A DNA stretch of 63,994 nucleotides, the filler included, from Basidiobolus ranarum (taxonomy: Eukaryota): the NCBI GenBank assembly GCA_040143965.1. It is 4 parts of 4 records of this genome, joined end to end, with 100 filler letters (N's around TTAATTAATTAA, not from the genome) between each part and the next. Parts side by side here need not be neighbours in the genome. Positions count along the whole stretch, not along the records: positions 51,174 to 63,994 come from JASJQH010007393.1; 3 more parts are not named here. One strand, given 5' to 3'. Position numbers and translations under genes: made by a program. The notes below the pieces were generated by a model that saw only the letters and a program-made list of their open reading frames with translations, searched no databases and had not been told where the DNA came from. Of the stretch, positions 51,074-63,994 are shown one piece after another (the stretch's first letter is position 1; each line of letters starts with the position of its first letter).

Positions 51074-51173
51074 NNNNNNNNNNNNNNNNNNNNNNNNNNN
51101 NNNNNNNNNNNNNNNNNTTAATTAATTAANNNNNNNNNNNNNNNNNNNNNNNNNNNNNNNNNNNNNNNNNNNN
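51074..51173. other. Artificial contig spacer
   Basis: 44 N + TTAATTAATTAA + 44 N. Confidence 0.97.
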
Positions 51174-53732
51174 CCCATTTAGGGCCGTGTAAATTATACT
51201 TGGAGGAAGTGAACATTTCAGACTCTACCACAGACACATCTTAGTACCTGTCAACAGGACTATAATTACTACAGCATGATCCTTTATCGTCTTGTGCACT
51301 ATACAAGGATGGGCTTGAAAATGGAGTAGCTAATGCGTAACTGGGAGCATAGGAGTATCCGGAGGTGAACTTGATATTACGTTGGTCATACTGAGAATCA
51401 GTTTCATCATTCATTTGTGATAGTGCTAATGATTCATGAGTTTTTCTGAATTTTTTGTTTTCGGTCTCTTTGGCGCGTAGATAATCTTCCAATTCTCTCC
51501 AAACCTTATGACATAAATAGACTTTACTCTTACCAACCATCATTTCCTTATCACTCCATTTGAAATTCTGTTGTGCAGATAAACATTTCTGCCGTGAATC
51601 GAGGTCGATGTCTATTTCGGCTCCACTCATGATATCTCCATAACGTTTATCAAACTCTTCGTGGGCCATGGTAGAAGTATATTCAATTTGCTTTCTTTCT
51701 GAAATGCTTGCCAGGCCTAAGTAGGTTACTTGATTGTGAATTTTCACTGAACCAGTGTTGTATTCTTCAGAATGAAGGCCTCGAGGATTTATACAAAATA
51801 CAAACCAAGGCTCGGTTTCCTTTAACGATTCTATTAGTTCACTTAGAGCACTTTGAAATTGGGACGCAACACAGGAAATCTTATTCGAATCTTTCTCGGA
51901 TTCCGTTTTACGTGGTTTACGCATAGAGGGTTTTCGTCTTGGTGTAGCTGGTTGCTGTCCAGCTATAATGGTTTTTTCATTTCTCGGATGGCTTTCCCAC
52001 GCCACGGATTTCTGGGTGAACAGAGTAGAGATAAAAGAGTTGGTGGTTGGTTGAAATTCAGCACTGCCTTTGAATAACCCGATGAAATCTGGCCCGATAA
52101 TATCGGTATTTTTCTCCAGAAATCCGGTAACTTGGTATATTACAGGACCAGCATAATGCTTGATAATGAAACTGTTACCGGCACTCATTTCGGGTATACT
52201 AAAGTCCGTATGCTCAAGTTGATTGCTCTTAAATGCTTGTAGCAATTCTTCATCAGTTGAGTTCATCCGATGTTGAATAGTTTGCTTCTCTAAAGTAGCG
52301 AATAAACCAATCTCTGGCTTCATAAACATATACAAACACGGAGTATTGTCAACGAAGTCTACTTCGGGAATGATTCCTATACCTTGTTCTGCGTATTCTT
52401 CTATCTCAGCTTCTAGAAGGTAATGAGTGCAATAGTGAAACAAGCGTTCGTTAGCAAAGTTGACGCAAAACTCCTGGAACCCATTATTCGCAAAGTCTTG
52501 GTGTCCCAACAAATCCACGAAACCGATGAAATTGCTTTGGGAATCGGAACATAGCTTTGTGTTTAAAAATTCCGTCAACCAACTGAAAAGAAGAGAGTAT
52601 AAGGAACGGGCCAGATCATCACGTTGAGTGTGTGCTTGAGTAGAGTTCAGAAATATCGTGCATATTTCTCCACCTAGAAGTTGCGTTTTATACGTTAACA
52701 CTGCTTCTAACGAGGCTGCATCCAGTCCCAGCAAGTTTGCAGCTACCACCAAGGTTTCCAAATTCTTAACCGAGGCAGGCTCACTTGCTTTGGTCGGGTG
52801 ATCTATGAACGTGATATTCCCCAAATAAAGAATTGCCGATAACAAACGAAATATTTGGCCTTGGTACTTTTTGTTTAGACCCAAAGATTTAAACGCATTC
52901 CTCAAGTGCTCTAAGTTTTCCGAGTTGTAATGGAAATCCCTATTAGTACAGAGATTTTCACCGTTTAAATAGTCGAAGCCTTGGTTTTCGTGTAATTTTA
53001 AGTGATCTCTTTCTTCGGGAGTCGCTCCACCACATACGTAATAAAAGATATGGAAGTTCTTTTGCCCCCTCGTATCTGGCGTCAGTCTAGATTTTTCCAA
53101 TATGTAATCCAAGATTTTAGCACCAATCACTCTACCACGCCCATTAAATTGAATCTCTGTGTAGTTGCCAAAACGAGAGGCATTCACATTGTGTTCAGTT
53201 TGCGCATTCCCAAAGGCCTCCAAAATTTCTGTAGCGCAGATGATTTGATTCATTAGACGTGCTTCTTTTTTTGAAGATTCCCGAAGCGCTTGTAACATGT
53301 AGAATGCTTGAATTTTCGTGTAAGACTTTCCACTCCCAGTTTCACCACTAAAAAGAACCAACTCAGTTCATTTGTTTGCCGATTGTAGTCAATCTGTACC
53401 TGAGTGATTTACCTTAAAATAATTGCCTGATCAATTCCAGTACGTCGCATACTTAGATAGGCATTGGTAACCGTTTGAAAGATATGCGGTGGTAATAAGC
53501 GGTGTCCACCTTCAGTGCTCTTGTAGTCGTCCAAGTACTTTTGGATTATCCCATCCGAATTTTGAGTCTCGGTTGATTCTTTAGAGGCTAATGCCACTAA
53601 CACCTTGGCACCGATACGCGTATATAAGGTGCTTGCTCGATACCGATCATAGAGTATGGAGGTGATCTGCATAGGTGAGATATTAGGTACACTCGCCAAA
53701 TCATCCACTTGCGAATAGTTATTCCGTGGCAT
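51174..53732 (-). CDS. Myosin-motor (class XVII) N-terminus of a class V-type chitin synthase; C-terminal part lost at contig end
   Basis: VDDLA, LPPHIFQ..NAYLSMRRTG.DQAII, P-loop GETGSGKS, LEAFGNAQT..N.NASRFG, NFANERL, and HPRNEKTIIAGQQ...PRRKPSMR as in chitin-synthase myosin domains. No IQ motifs seen. The synthase domain itself is outside this contig. Confidence 0.88.
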
Positions 53733-55317
53733 GGTTAACAAATATCTCGCCTTGTATATATATATCTAAAATCAAGATCAATGGTTAGAACTCACACTAA
53801 TGACGAGTTTGTAGCATAATCCGAACTATTAATGTTTGTACAATAACTTGGCCAATGATCAATCTTGAACAGTGTCTGGTTTGAAGATTCGAGACTTACA
53901 TGTTATTTAGATAGTGAAAGAAAAATCTACTGATGGAGCTTACGCACAAGCTCGCTCCCAGATGAGTTCGGTATCTGTGGGGAAGGGAGATTCTTATGAG
54001 GAATTGGACGTGAACACAAAAAATTGATCAATCTAGAACTCAAAATAGCACTGAAATGGTCGTGTCCATATGAGGGTTATAAATATGAACATGAGAGGGG
54101 GGATTCATATATAGTCATATGTTTGTTTGGAAGATTATGGTTAAGTAGATTAAGGGGTAGAGAAAGGAGCGGGACGCAAGTGTGGTATTCAAGGCAGTAG
54201 GTACATAAAGCGAATGCAATCTCCGCTATGTATTCTAGGTATGCGATGTCTGAATTTCTAGATTTGAGAATGCAAACCTCAATAGAAGAACAAGTTGGAG
54301 GCTCAGCCCCTATATACAAGCAAATAAATTGACCGGAAAATTTCGATTGGTCCACTAGTTTGTACAACAAATTGGTAGCTTCCAAGCCACATACTACATT
54401 TATGGTCACTAAGTGCTCCTACTTCCCCCAGTGTAATTCACCGTATGCTCTAACGCCCATTATTTTTCATGCAATGTTGGTCTGTAAGTTCTAGTGGCAT
54501 AAGTACGCTTGTATGTAGCCATATTCGTGACATATTCAGGTACTTACGCGTTCGAAGTTATCATAATTGAGAAGTAGAGTTGTGTCTTTTACAATATATT
54601 TTCTGTAGATTGCTGATCCACATTTTTATCCCAACTAACCCGGCTCAACTCCAAACCTTAGAAGCCAAACTGGTATGGTAAACCTGTAACGATCAACTTG
54701 TATATTGCAGTGAATGCCGACTTGACAACTAGCGTAATGGTAGTCAATACTCTACTATGTAATCATGATTGATGATAGATCTATTCTCAGTGATATTATA
54801 AACTCGCCTTGCATAGTGACTTATGTTTGGCACACTCGAGGCAATGCAACCTTGTACTGCATCTCTATGAAAGACTTTATCGTAAACACTCAAGACCTTG
54901 CTTCTTTTATAACATACAGAGCAAAACGGATCACTTGTTAGTTGCCTCTATGAGTGGTTATAATGCCTTCAAGAGAATGTGTGCTTTGTCATGCTTATGC
55001 TCACTTCTGATCAAGAATGCTAGGATGGCTATTCCTGACACGTGAACTGGTGGATTAATCCGAGAATTTCTAACGCAAGTCTGAAACAGCCCCACTTCCC
55101 TTTCACGGTAATATTTTCCGGTACCCCAATCAATCCATCCAATTAGCATATATGACTTGTAGTTGGCTTACCTTGACTATGTACAGTTGAGTTAAAAAAC
55201 GAACGGTTTACAAATCCACTTTGATTACAAATAGGCTTGCGTCATGGGTTCATTTCTAAAGCGCCCTTATATTGACATCGCTACCTGGCTGACAAACTTA
55301 GCACTTATCTTATACAC

Positions 55318-56172
55318 ATGTCTGACCACAAAGCCTCAAACTTTTCATTATCCAGCTATTTTGAACGTATAGGGTTTAAAAGCGACGGGATTCCTGAACC
55401 TACTTTAGAAACCCTACAGAAACTACACTATCTACACTTGCATAGTATCCCTTTCGAGAATCTTGCCCTTCATTATGGTACCAAAAAAGAGATTCTCATC
55501 GATTCAGAGAGTATATTTAATAAGCTAGTCGTCCAAAAGCGTGGAGGTTATTGCTTTGAACAAAATGGGTTGTTTAGCAAGGTTCTTAAAGAACTTGGGT
55601 ATAACTTCTATACCGGTATGGCTTCAGTTGCCAGTGAAGTCGACGGTAAGTTTCGCTATTTGGGACGTAGTCACATGGTATCGATTGTGAAGTATGAAGA
55701 ACAACTTTACTTAGCGGACGTTGGGTTTGGCTCAGCTGGACTTAGTGCAATTCTTCCACTAAAAGAAGATATTTCCTTCAGTGCTATAGATAACCAAGAG
55801 TTTCGCTTCAAACGTACTACTCATCCAACGGGTTCGCATCTCGATTGGAGTAGCACTGGCTTTTTGTTAGAATCACGTTACCTGACACCTACAGAAACTG
55901 AGTGGAAACCTGCTTATTACTTTACCCTTACGGAATTCACCTATGATGATTATGAATTGTCTAACTACTACACTAGCACTAATCCCGGAGTTATATTTCG
56001 CCAACACGTGATGGTCACTATGCCTACTTTGGATGGTCGAGTTACACTTTTTGACCGCTCACTGAAAATTAGAAATCAGGAAGGTATAGCCACCAAAACC
56101 ATTCTAGAAAATGACGAAGAGGTCATGTTAGCGCTCAAAGAACATTTTGGTATTGTAATTGATTTGGAGTAA
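55318..56172 (+). CDS. Arylamine N-acetyltransferase (intronless)
   Basis: Y..RIG, IPFENL, RGGYCFEQN (catalytic Cys), SHM (His), ADVGFG (Asp). Confidence 0.93.
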   Translation: MSDHKASNFSLSSYFERIGFKSDGIPEPTLETLQKLHYLHLHSIPFENLALHYGTKKEILIDSESIFNKLVVQKRGGYCFEQNGLFSKVLKELGYNFYTGMASVASEVDGKFRYLGRSHMVSIVKYEEQLYLADVGFGSAGLSAILPLKEDISFSAIDNQEFRFKRTTHPTGSHLDWSSTGFLLESRYLTPTETEWKPAYYFTLTEFTYDDYELSNYYTSTNPGVIFRQHVMVTMPTLDGRVTLFDRSLKIRNQEGIATKTILENDEEVMLALKEHFGIVIDLE

Positions 56173-57224
56173 AATTTGAAACCGATAGTAAAGGCACATA
56201 ATCAATAAAGTAAATCATCTTATTTAAACTATGTTTAGTAACTCTAAGTTACCTTCTCAAATTGATTGGATTGATAGAATGAAAATTCAACCATTATCTG
56301 AGTATACTTTTTCTGGGGAGCATTCTCGCGTATTTCCTCTATATATTAGAAGATTGTTGAATTTCTCGATCAGTGCCTAGCATAGGAAACATGGACTGTT
56401 AATTCTATGGAGGTTTGCGCAAAGTTCAGATATGGACATTTGACCATCTTTATGATATCCAGTAATGTTGAAGCAACTGCCATTGTTCATGGGCTAGTTA
56501 GCCGCAACTACTATACACGTAAACAAGTATATTTATTTCTATATCCTATATGGCCAAGCGAAGAAGCATCGCATATTGGAGAGGAAGGACTGGTGCCCAT
56601 AGAGCTTATCAAAGATCAAATTATACGGGAGCGTTGCATTGTGGCAAATCAAGTGTACATAGCTATGATGTAAGAACTTACGAATGTGTAAGGGCCTTCG
56701 TATAAGTAAACACCTGATAGAAGCAACCCATGCACATTAAATATTACAAATTCAATCGTGCTGCTAACTTTATTTATAACTTTATGGCGCAAGGAGATTT
56801 AATATATTGGTCGAGATTAGATGGCTAAAGGCCATTTGCCACTTGGGTTTATGGAATATATGGTATCTCCTTTGCTTGTTCTCACATAGCAAGAATCTAC
56901 ACCCCCTATTCCTAAGAGCCAGTTTGAGTTAGATTTGTTAAGGTGGCTGTAGGAAATATACCCATGGGATTTAAACCATTGCAATTACAATCTAAAGTAA
57001 ACAAACTATACTTGACGTGTTAAATAGAGTTACCAAAATCTATCCTCGATTAATCTGGTTGATTTTGGTTTATCTCTTTTTCACTTCAAGTGATGAAAGC
57101 TCTACCTTTATTCTGGAATATATCACTGAATGATAAATAGGGTTTTTTACTTGGGAAAGGAAATTATCAAAACTGCTAGAAACAAATATATATTTAGATA
57201 TCTTGTGATGCAAGTTCGGATATC

Positions 57225-58637
57225 CTAAGCAAATGGCTTGTTTGCAAGCCAACGATTAATCATATCTAACGCATTCTCCGGTTGATTATAGGGTACCATA
57301 TGTCCCGCTTCAAAAACCCTCAAAAATGTGAAATTTCCATAATTTCTCACTTCTCCAGCTGAACGGTTCCCATTATTCCATTGAAGATCTTGGGCTTCGG
57401 TGAAACCCTTCTTACCGGGCCAATCGAGATCCAAGGCCCAAGCTTTATTCCCATACCAATTGCAGATGAAGTCCGCATCACCAGCGTAGATCAGTACCCG
57501 AATACCATTAGATAAAAGACTTGGTATCACTTCAAAGTAAGGATACATCCAATCACCAGAAACATCCGTGTATCTATAGTATACATCGTTACTACATTCC
57601 TGATACCTGAGATCAGCACCAATTTCTTGCTCGACTTGGGTCGTGTTCAACCATTTGATTAGTCCCTCTTCAACAGGATAGCACTGGTCAGGTGTAGGGC
57701 ATTTCTGACGTATGTCATAGATGTTTACATGCTTAGCTTCATCGAATTTGTTCAGTATTTGATCGCAAAAAGTGAAGGCAGTGGAACATGCACTTGCATT
57801 ACGTGTATCGTAGCAATTAGAGATTAAACGTGCGCACTTCGGATATAATTGATCCATTTGGGTACATGTGGACTGCTTCAGTATAGCTGGATACGTGGAA
57901 TTACACGCCATCGTAGAGTAATACTTGTATTGAATCAAGGGATTGATTAGTCCGTTACCCACCGCGATGCTTTTCAAATTGATCTTCTCAGTTTCATTGG
58001 TTGCTTGCATATTGGCCTGGTTTATAGCATTCCCAACTGCGGGAATATAGTGACCACCATAGGATTCACCCATAACATGGAAATCGAGTTTCTTGTACTT
58101 CGGATAGGCTTCTAAGAAAAGATGGAGGAATGCTTGGACCCGGTCAGCACCCTCCACAGAGGTAGTGGTGTTTTCTCCATACGAGAATCCAGTCCCAAAG
58201 GGTTGGTCCAGAAAGATAGTGTTGGCGTTGTTATTCCATGAGTTGGGATTTATGTGTGTCCCATTACCATTGGGGTCGGCCCTGCAGGGACCCATCTCCA
58301 TAAGAAGACCCAATAGTGAAGAACAGCCTGGGCCGCCATTGAGCCATAGTATCAAAGGATCAGTCTCCGGTTGTGAACGAGATTCGAAAAACCAAAAGAA
58401 AAAGTGCTGGTTGCTGTCTAAGTCCAGGTATCCTGATACTTGCTTTACTGAAGGATCACAAACCGTCGGCTCCTTAACCCTTAATTTGAAGTCAGGATAG
58501 TCCTTGTGAGTATAATGAGCCCATCCGATATCGTAGCTGTCCGATGCTCTTGCAAGATTTCTAGTAGGCAATACCAAGGTGCTCACAGTCGAGCTGAACG
58601 CCAAGAGACCCGTAATGAAGTGGAAAGAGTTGAGCAT
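57225..58637 (-). CDS. Secreted/vacuolar serine carboxypeptidase, family S10 (carboxypeptidase Y-like), intronless
   Basis: Signal peptide; WLNGGPGCSS, DQP.GTGFS, GESYGG (Ser), GDADFICN (Asp), AGHMVP (His). Confidence 0.95.
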   Translation of the reverse strand: MLNSFHFITGLLAFSSTVSTLVLPTRNLARASDSYDIGWAHYTHKDYPDFKLRVKEPTVCDPSVKQVSGYLDLDSNQHFFFWFFESRSQPETDPLILWLNGGPGCSSLLGLLMEMGPCRADPNGNGTHINPNSWNNNANTIFLDQPFGTGFSYGENTTTSVEGADRVQAFLHLFLEAYPKYKKLDFHVMGESYGGHYIPAVGNAINQANMQATNETEKINLKSIAVGNGLINPLIQYKYYSTMACNSTYPAILKQSTCTQMDQLYPKCARLISNCYDTRNASACSTAFTFCDQILNKFDEAKHVNIYDIRQKCPTPDQCYPVEEGLIKWLNTTQVEQEIGADLRYQECSNDVYYRYTDVSGDWMYPYFEVIPSLLSNGIRVLIYAGDADFICNWYGNKAWALDLDWPGKKGFTEAQDLQWNNGNRSAGEVRNYGNFTFLRVFEAGHMVPYNQPENALDMINRWLANKPFA

Positions 58638-60499
58638 TGTTGGAGATATCAGCTGCAGACATCGCCGGCTGTGTATTTTATACCGGCAGGACGGCGATGA
58701 TAAACCGATTTGATGAATAGTTTCAGTACGTAGTTTGTTAATGAAGCCAAATCTAAAATTTCCTCAACCTTCCATTCGAGAGTGAAGATACCATTCAAGA
58801 ACTATGCCAAAAGCCGGTGAAAATGATCACAACCGTAAAGCATATCAGCTATCAGATACAACCGTCAACTAGAGCCAACCATCCTCAAGATACTAATTTC
58901 TGATCTTCGTTTCACACATGTACAAATAGGCTACTTTTGGGAATTCTGTACCGATGATTCGACTGTGACCAATAATCCAGTGGGAATCTCGAATGGGATT
59001 CAACCCATTTTCCCACCATAGAGTGAGCTATTTTCGTTTCTGCCAAGTGGTGGTGTTAACGATCGAGCATGTTTCTAATAATTCTGTTGATATAGAGCGC
59101 CATTGGCTTGATGGGATTCTTATATGACTGAATTACAGAGTGTGAACTCATTTGTTGTAGAAATCCAATCTCCTGTGCTCAATGAATAGTTTCCTCTCGC
59201 GGTAAATACATTTACTGTGCTTTCTTAGGGATCTCTTATCTGCCCTGAGCAAGCAATATGATTTCTGATATCCGAATCAGCCTTTACGTACAGAAGAGAA
59301 TCCCTCGGATTTCCCATTTCCACCCCTTGGCCTCAGGCTTATATCTTTCAACTTGAAGAATGGTTTAAATTAAAATTAGTTTTAAATTGACTTCAGCAGT
59401 CCCCAGCATACTTACCGTATCAAATAGTAACACCAGTGCCAAATTCGGACATGACAGATAAGCATTATCTTCTGATTAGCAGTCTTGTCATACGTACCAA
59501 TCGCTATTGTGAGTTTTTCAAAGGGTCGGAAGAATTTTTGGTGAGAAAATAGACAGCAAGTGATATGCTATGGGGAAATTTAACAAAGCAAAGCGGTATA
59601 TTAACTAGATATCTAAGATTACCCTTGTTCTTGGTCATGGAGAGATGACCAAGTTGAAGGAAGCTATAAGCCTGAGTAGCTGATGGATACCCAGAACATA
59701 TATTGAACGTTAGGTTGCACTGAGGTTATTTTACATATCAGATGTACGAATATTAACTCATGCAAGTACCATTTTGACCGTCATAGAAATACTTCCATAA
59801 AAAGACACTGTTAATGCAAACTCCGTCCGATTCTACTTCAAGGCTATGATGAAGCTGTGTTGATATTTACTATCTGCCACCACCAATCATTGCCAACCAG
59901 AGGCCTACAATGCTTGTTAGCAACCAGAGTCTGATTATTTGAATTCTTTGATCAATCAAAAGAATCAAGATTAATCATTAATCGTTTCGACTATAGATGC
60001 CAGATATGGCAAACCATATACGCTATTTTTAGAATAACGTGCTCCAAGATCATCACTTAAAACAGAGAGAACATTACTCTAGTGTCACATACAAAAGATT
60101 TCAGTATACATATGGAAAACACCTTCCAATTGGCCAGTTGACACACTACAAAACCGTGAAGGATGTTGCACTTTATTCAAATGATTGTTTACTGACAAAT
60201 AAGATCTCTCGACAAGCAATATTTTTGACAGGTTCAAATAATTAGTTTTAAACGGCTAACGATACATGTTCACTTGATAATTTAATAACTCAAAACATTC
60301 CTTCGAAAAGGTTAAAAATAATAGCATCTACTTTCATATGACTTAAATGTCAATATATTTTCATATCAAATGTATTAAATAAATATTCGCTAGATCTGTA
60401 GAGTGGGCTCACTGAGTTTATTTCGATTCAAGTTTATCTGTGTTTTAGTACAAATATCGATCTTGGATTATTAATCCCAACTATATTCAGTTTTTACAC

Positions 60500-61090
60500 T
60501 TAAGCAAGCAAAAAACCAAGAATGGGGAGAAGTACGATAAGTGATGGGAGAACTTGATTGGAGGCGTTGGTGGAGTCATTTTTCTTGTAGTTGTCCGCAG
60601 AAGCACCTACAAGTCCACTGGTACTGATGCTAATGCTAGTGCTGGTGGAAGTGGAGGTTACAAGTGCTCCAGAGCCAACGGCTGATGGGGATTGACTTGG
60701 ACTCTCTTTGTTCGTAATGGTAAAGCGGGTAGTCCAGAAAAGTTTAGACTCAGAAGATTTATTGGATGAAGGAGCAGTGAAGCGTAAGAAATAGAATCGA
60801 CCATAGGGACTTACATCAGGGACCGTATATTCCACTGATCTGATCGTAGAAGCAACATCCGTAGCAATAGTAGCCAACTTTGTCTGGGCCATATCTGTAC
60901 CAGTGTAGAGGGCGATTTCAAATGGTTTCAACTCATCTAGAAGTGGGGCTTCGTTATTCTCTCTCCATTCAATCTTGACTTTTTCACCAGCAATCCAGAC
61001 AGCATCATCAAGAGGAGTTACAGGATAAATACCTGCCAAAGTTGCCCCGATAAAACTGGCGGCTATGGCATAGAAAGTGATTATTTGCAT
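60500..61090 (-). CDS. Ser/Thr-rich GPI-anchored cell-wall protein with Kre9/Knh1-like N-terminal domain
   Basis: Signal peptide from ATG 61090; P....W.AG..V.I.W, YFLRF, WTTRFTI; S/T stalk; hydrophobic C-terminal tail. Confidence 0.85.
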   Translation of the reverse strand: MQIITFYAIAASFIGATLAGIYPVTPLDDAVWIAGEKVKIEWRENNEAPLLDELKPFEIALYTGTDMAQTKLATIATDVASTIRSVEYTVPDVSPYGRFYFLRFTAPSSNKSSESKLFWTTRFTITNKESPSQSPSAVGSGALVTSTSTSTSISISTSGLVGASADNYKKNDSTNASNQVLPSLIVLLPILGFLLA

Positions 61091-63062
61091 CGTGTTGGTG
61101 TCTTTCACAATGTTTGGAATTATCATTTCCTGAGATATTTGCTCATCGTTTTATACTCAGTTTTGTGTCATGCTCAACCTTAATCTTATATTCCAAATAT
61201 GGGTATGGATGAGAAAAAATTTGATGTGAAGATCATATAGATGCTAAATTGGTAAATTTACAATCAACACTACTAGCGTAGCAAGTATAAACTGCCACAA
61301 CAAAACGGGCTAAAAATAGATGCCTCTGCATAGACCAATTGTATCCTATCTTTGTTGCGCTGCCTTGGGCCACACCCAAGGAGCTTCGAAATATGTGTAC
61401 TGGCGCATGAAATGAGATAGCCTGAGAGCCGATGGAGTAAGCATTATTCCATTACTGACTAATTGCTGATATATTGGGAACACGTTTTTATTCACGGATC
61501 TGTCTTTATTTTGTCTTACTGTAATCGACATTGTACTACAGGAAATGAAATGTTCGAGATTATAGTACATTTCAGCTCAAACGAATATGGAAGATATTGA
61601 GAGAGTTGGCACCAGGTTGGGTGTAATAGCGTGGTAATTGAGGAGGACGACCTTCCTGATCAACTCTAATCTATAATTAAATTCCCTATGTAGAAGAGTC
61701 GATTGTTTTTCAATCTATGATTCTCTAAACCAAGGTTTTTTGGTAAGGTAAAAAATCATTAATACTTAGCAGGATAGGCTAGCGACAATCCTTACCTGAA
61801 AGAGCAGGCAGCTCAAAGTAAATATGGCAAGGATACGTCTATTCTCCACTTGAAACGCCATTATCACCTAGTATACCTTTTTAGAATATCCCTTATATTA
61901 TGTATATATGACTGAAGTCAAGCCAAACGGTTATCAGAAGTTTACGCCAGGGTATATAATGTAGTGTAAGCATGAAGATTCCAAAAGAGATGGAAAACTT
62001 CCGGCCATGATGAATTTCATTCAAATATACAACTGAGCAATTGGGCGTCTGATTGCTTCAATCGTTTAAGCTGAGCTTTGATTGTTGCTATATTTAAACT
62101 AATGATGCATCAGCCAGTCTTGGTGTTCTATCCATATATCATACATCTCCATTACTTTATTTAGGTGTTTATATATAGCTAATCTTCTTTAGCGCGGAAC
62201 TTGTACTCATTGCCCAATTCAAATATGTCCTACGTGGTAATAGGTGCAGAAGCAACATTTACTCCTTAAAAGTGACGAAATGAGCATGCATCTCGTCATG
62301 AAATCCTACGACTAGAATGGAAAATGACATGCAAATTTGTGAAGACTAAGATTTAGACAAGTGACTAAAATTTTAACCTTTTGGTATATTTTGCAATTTT
62401 CATCTTTGAGACTCTCAGGGTGCACTCTCGACAATAGGAACAAGCAGTAGAAAGTACCATATTAAATGAGAGCACCTTATAATTAGTGATAGTTACGTTT
62501 TTAAGAGATGCTACTCAGCACTTTATATTCATGCTAACAATTATATTCGCTTGAGTTACATACCCTTTTCTACACTACTACCAAGAGTACTCAAATTACT
62601 ACCCACGACTGGGTACAGATCTTCAGTAATGACAAGTGGATATGTAAATGCAAGAGGCAATCCATTTGAACTGTTAAAGAGAATTTGATGAGGCAGAAGA
62701 CGCAACTATAGCTGATATTCCGGTACGAAGCATAATGAGGAAGTCCTACTGTACTATAAGTAAGCCAAAAAGCCTAGCCCATTTAATCTCTCTAAAAAGC
62801 AATATTCTAAGATCTATATAGGCTTCACTTGACTCACATAAAGATGGTATGCCTTCGACTTTAATGTTCACTCGTGATGGCAAGAGGGAGTTATGATTTA
62901 TTTAGTTAAGAATATCAATGATGAGAGTTAAAGAGTGAATGGATATAATTTGCTATGCATGTTCCATAAAAAATGTCCTTGTTCATTGTCGAGAGTATGT
63001 ACAAGTGCTTTGTTTGTTTGTTTGGTAAAGAACCTGAGTGTGTAAGTGGCCACTTGGATACT

Positions 63063-63994
63063 TCAGTAAGTAAATCTGAAGTCTAATCTGTCATTTCCGA
63101 TATGATGAGTTGTTTGAATGTATTCTTTCTTGTCTTCTTCAGACATGGAATTCCATATCTTTTCTCTTCTGCGATTCAGGAATATATAGTGGTAACGTTG
63201 TGCGATGAAGAGAATGATGGTAAGGATAGCAAGACCAATGATGATCCAATTTCCTCGATGAAATCTTGGCTTATCATCGTCTCGGTAAATCTGGCTACTG
63301 GCGAGCCCGTTAATATTTACAGACATGATGTACATTGCCAATGCAATGGATCGTTTGCCCATTGGTGCCACATTTTCGGTTAGCCAGGCTGCATTAATTG
63401 GGTGCCAATATGGCCAGCCCACAGTAAAGATTACTACAGCATATAATGGCCATCTTCCAACAGAGTCGGGCAAGAACTCTAGTAGAAGTACTCCAACCAA
63501 AAACCATGACGTACCGAACACACCATGCCAAGCACGATCTTTAATGCGATCACTATTCCGGGTTAGAGCAAGCATGAAGATGAATTTGAGAAGATGCGCG
63601 GGAATGGTCAATAAATTGCTGATGACAGTGCTGAATCCAAAGCTTTTAATTATGAGTGGCATATACGAGGTAACTGGAGCAGGAGCCATTAGACCAAAGA
63701 AGCCAATAAGAACATGGCCCCAGATACGCGTATCCTTAAGAGCAGAGGCTAATTCCGAGCCCTTAACACCTTCCCTACGACCGACGGCTTTACTAGAGTC
63801 ATCCCGGATTAGACGAGTAACAAGAATTTTAACTTCCCTATCATCAAACCACCCTTTCTTCCCCCTCAAGAGTCCTTTGGTTCTAGATGGTCCTTCTGGA
63901 AGATAGAAGAAAGTAATAATCGCCACGATGACGGTACCAACACCATCGATTAAGAATAGCCACTGCCATCCCTTAAGACCGCCAACGCCACGAA
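63063..63994 (-). CDS. MFS transporter, anion:cation symporter/allantoate permease family (5' part outside window)
   Basis: GLKGWQWLFLIDG, FFYLPEGP, SNLLTIP, SD...DR..H, IYRDDDKPRFHRGN, terminal RLDFRFTY. Confidence 0.9.
   Translation of the reverse strand, partial: RGVGGLKGWQWLFLIDGVGTVIVAIITFFYLPEGPSRTKGLLRGKKGWFDDREVKILVTRLIRDDSSKAVGRREGVKGSELASALKDTRIWGHVLIGFFGLMAPAPVTSYMPLIIKSFGFSTVISNLLTIPAHLLKFIFMLALTRNSDRIKDRAWHGVFGTSWFLVGVLLLEFLPDSVGRWPLYAVVIFTVGWPYWHPINAAWLTENVAPMGKRSIALAMYIMSVNINGLASSQIYRDDDKPRFHRGNWIIIGLAILTIILFIAQRYHYIFLNRRREKIWNSMSEEDKKEYIQTTHHIGNDRLDFRFTY

Noticed and set aside
16968-51173. Palindromic TTAATTAATTAA recurring about every 17 kb
   Set aside because: Assembly linker inside fixed N runs. 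The spacing reflects contigs apparently sorted by length, not biology.
19309-53732. Apparent chitin/cell-wall cluster (deacetylases, chitin synthase, Kre9-like proteins)
   Set aside because: The genes lie on different contigs joined artificially; no linkage can be inferred.
59630-59653. 9-bp hairpin CTTGGTCAT-N6-ATGACCAAG
   Set aside because: Isolated, with no adjacent Helitron-like end or repeat partner; chance level.

Overview
AT-rich eukaryotic DNA with short GT-AG introns. Gene content points to an early-diverging fungus (Zoopagomycota/Mucoromycota-like; a Basidiobolus-type genome is plausible but is inference). The window is not one locus: three identical 100-nt spacers (44 N + TTAATTAATTAA + 44 N) join four contigs whose lengths appear to decrease (>=16967, 16961, 16945, >=12821 bp), so nothing can be called linked across them. 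Contig 1 holds housekeeping genes: SSS transporter, Swc3-like/GATA protein, stand-alone BRCT protein, Kre9-like GPI protein, amino-acid permease, ERO1 and a coiled-coil protein. Contig 2 is repeat-rich: two decayed Fanzor (eukaryotic TnpB-like RuvC nuclease) copies, a near-identical tandem pair of CBM18-CE4 chitin deacetylases, a Tim44-like gene, and an intronless orphan built from eight exact 19-aa hydrophobic repeats. Contig 3 carries medA and three CreA/Mig1-like C2H2 paralogs surrounded by 12 exact ATCWGATAA (SreA-type GATA) sites. Contig 4 has a myosin-motor chitin synthase, an arylamine N-acetyltransferase, an S10 carboxypeptidase, a second Kre9-like GPI protein and a partial MFS permease. 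The best leads are the Fanzor remnants, the GATA-box-rich CreA-like cluster and the 19-aa repeat protein. Family calls rest on motif recognition; no searches were run.
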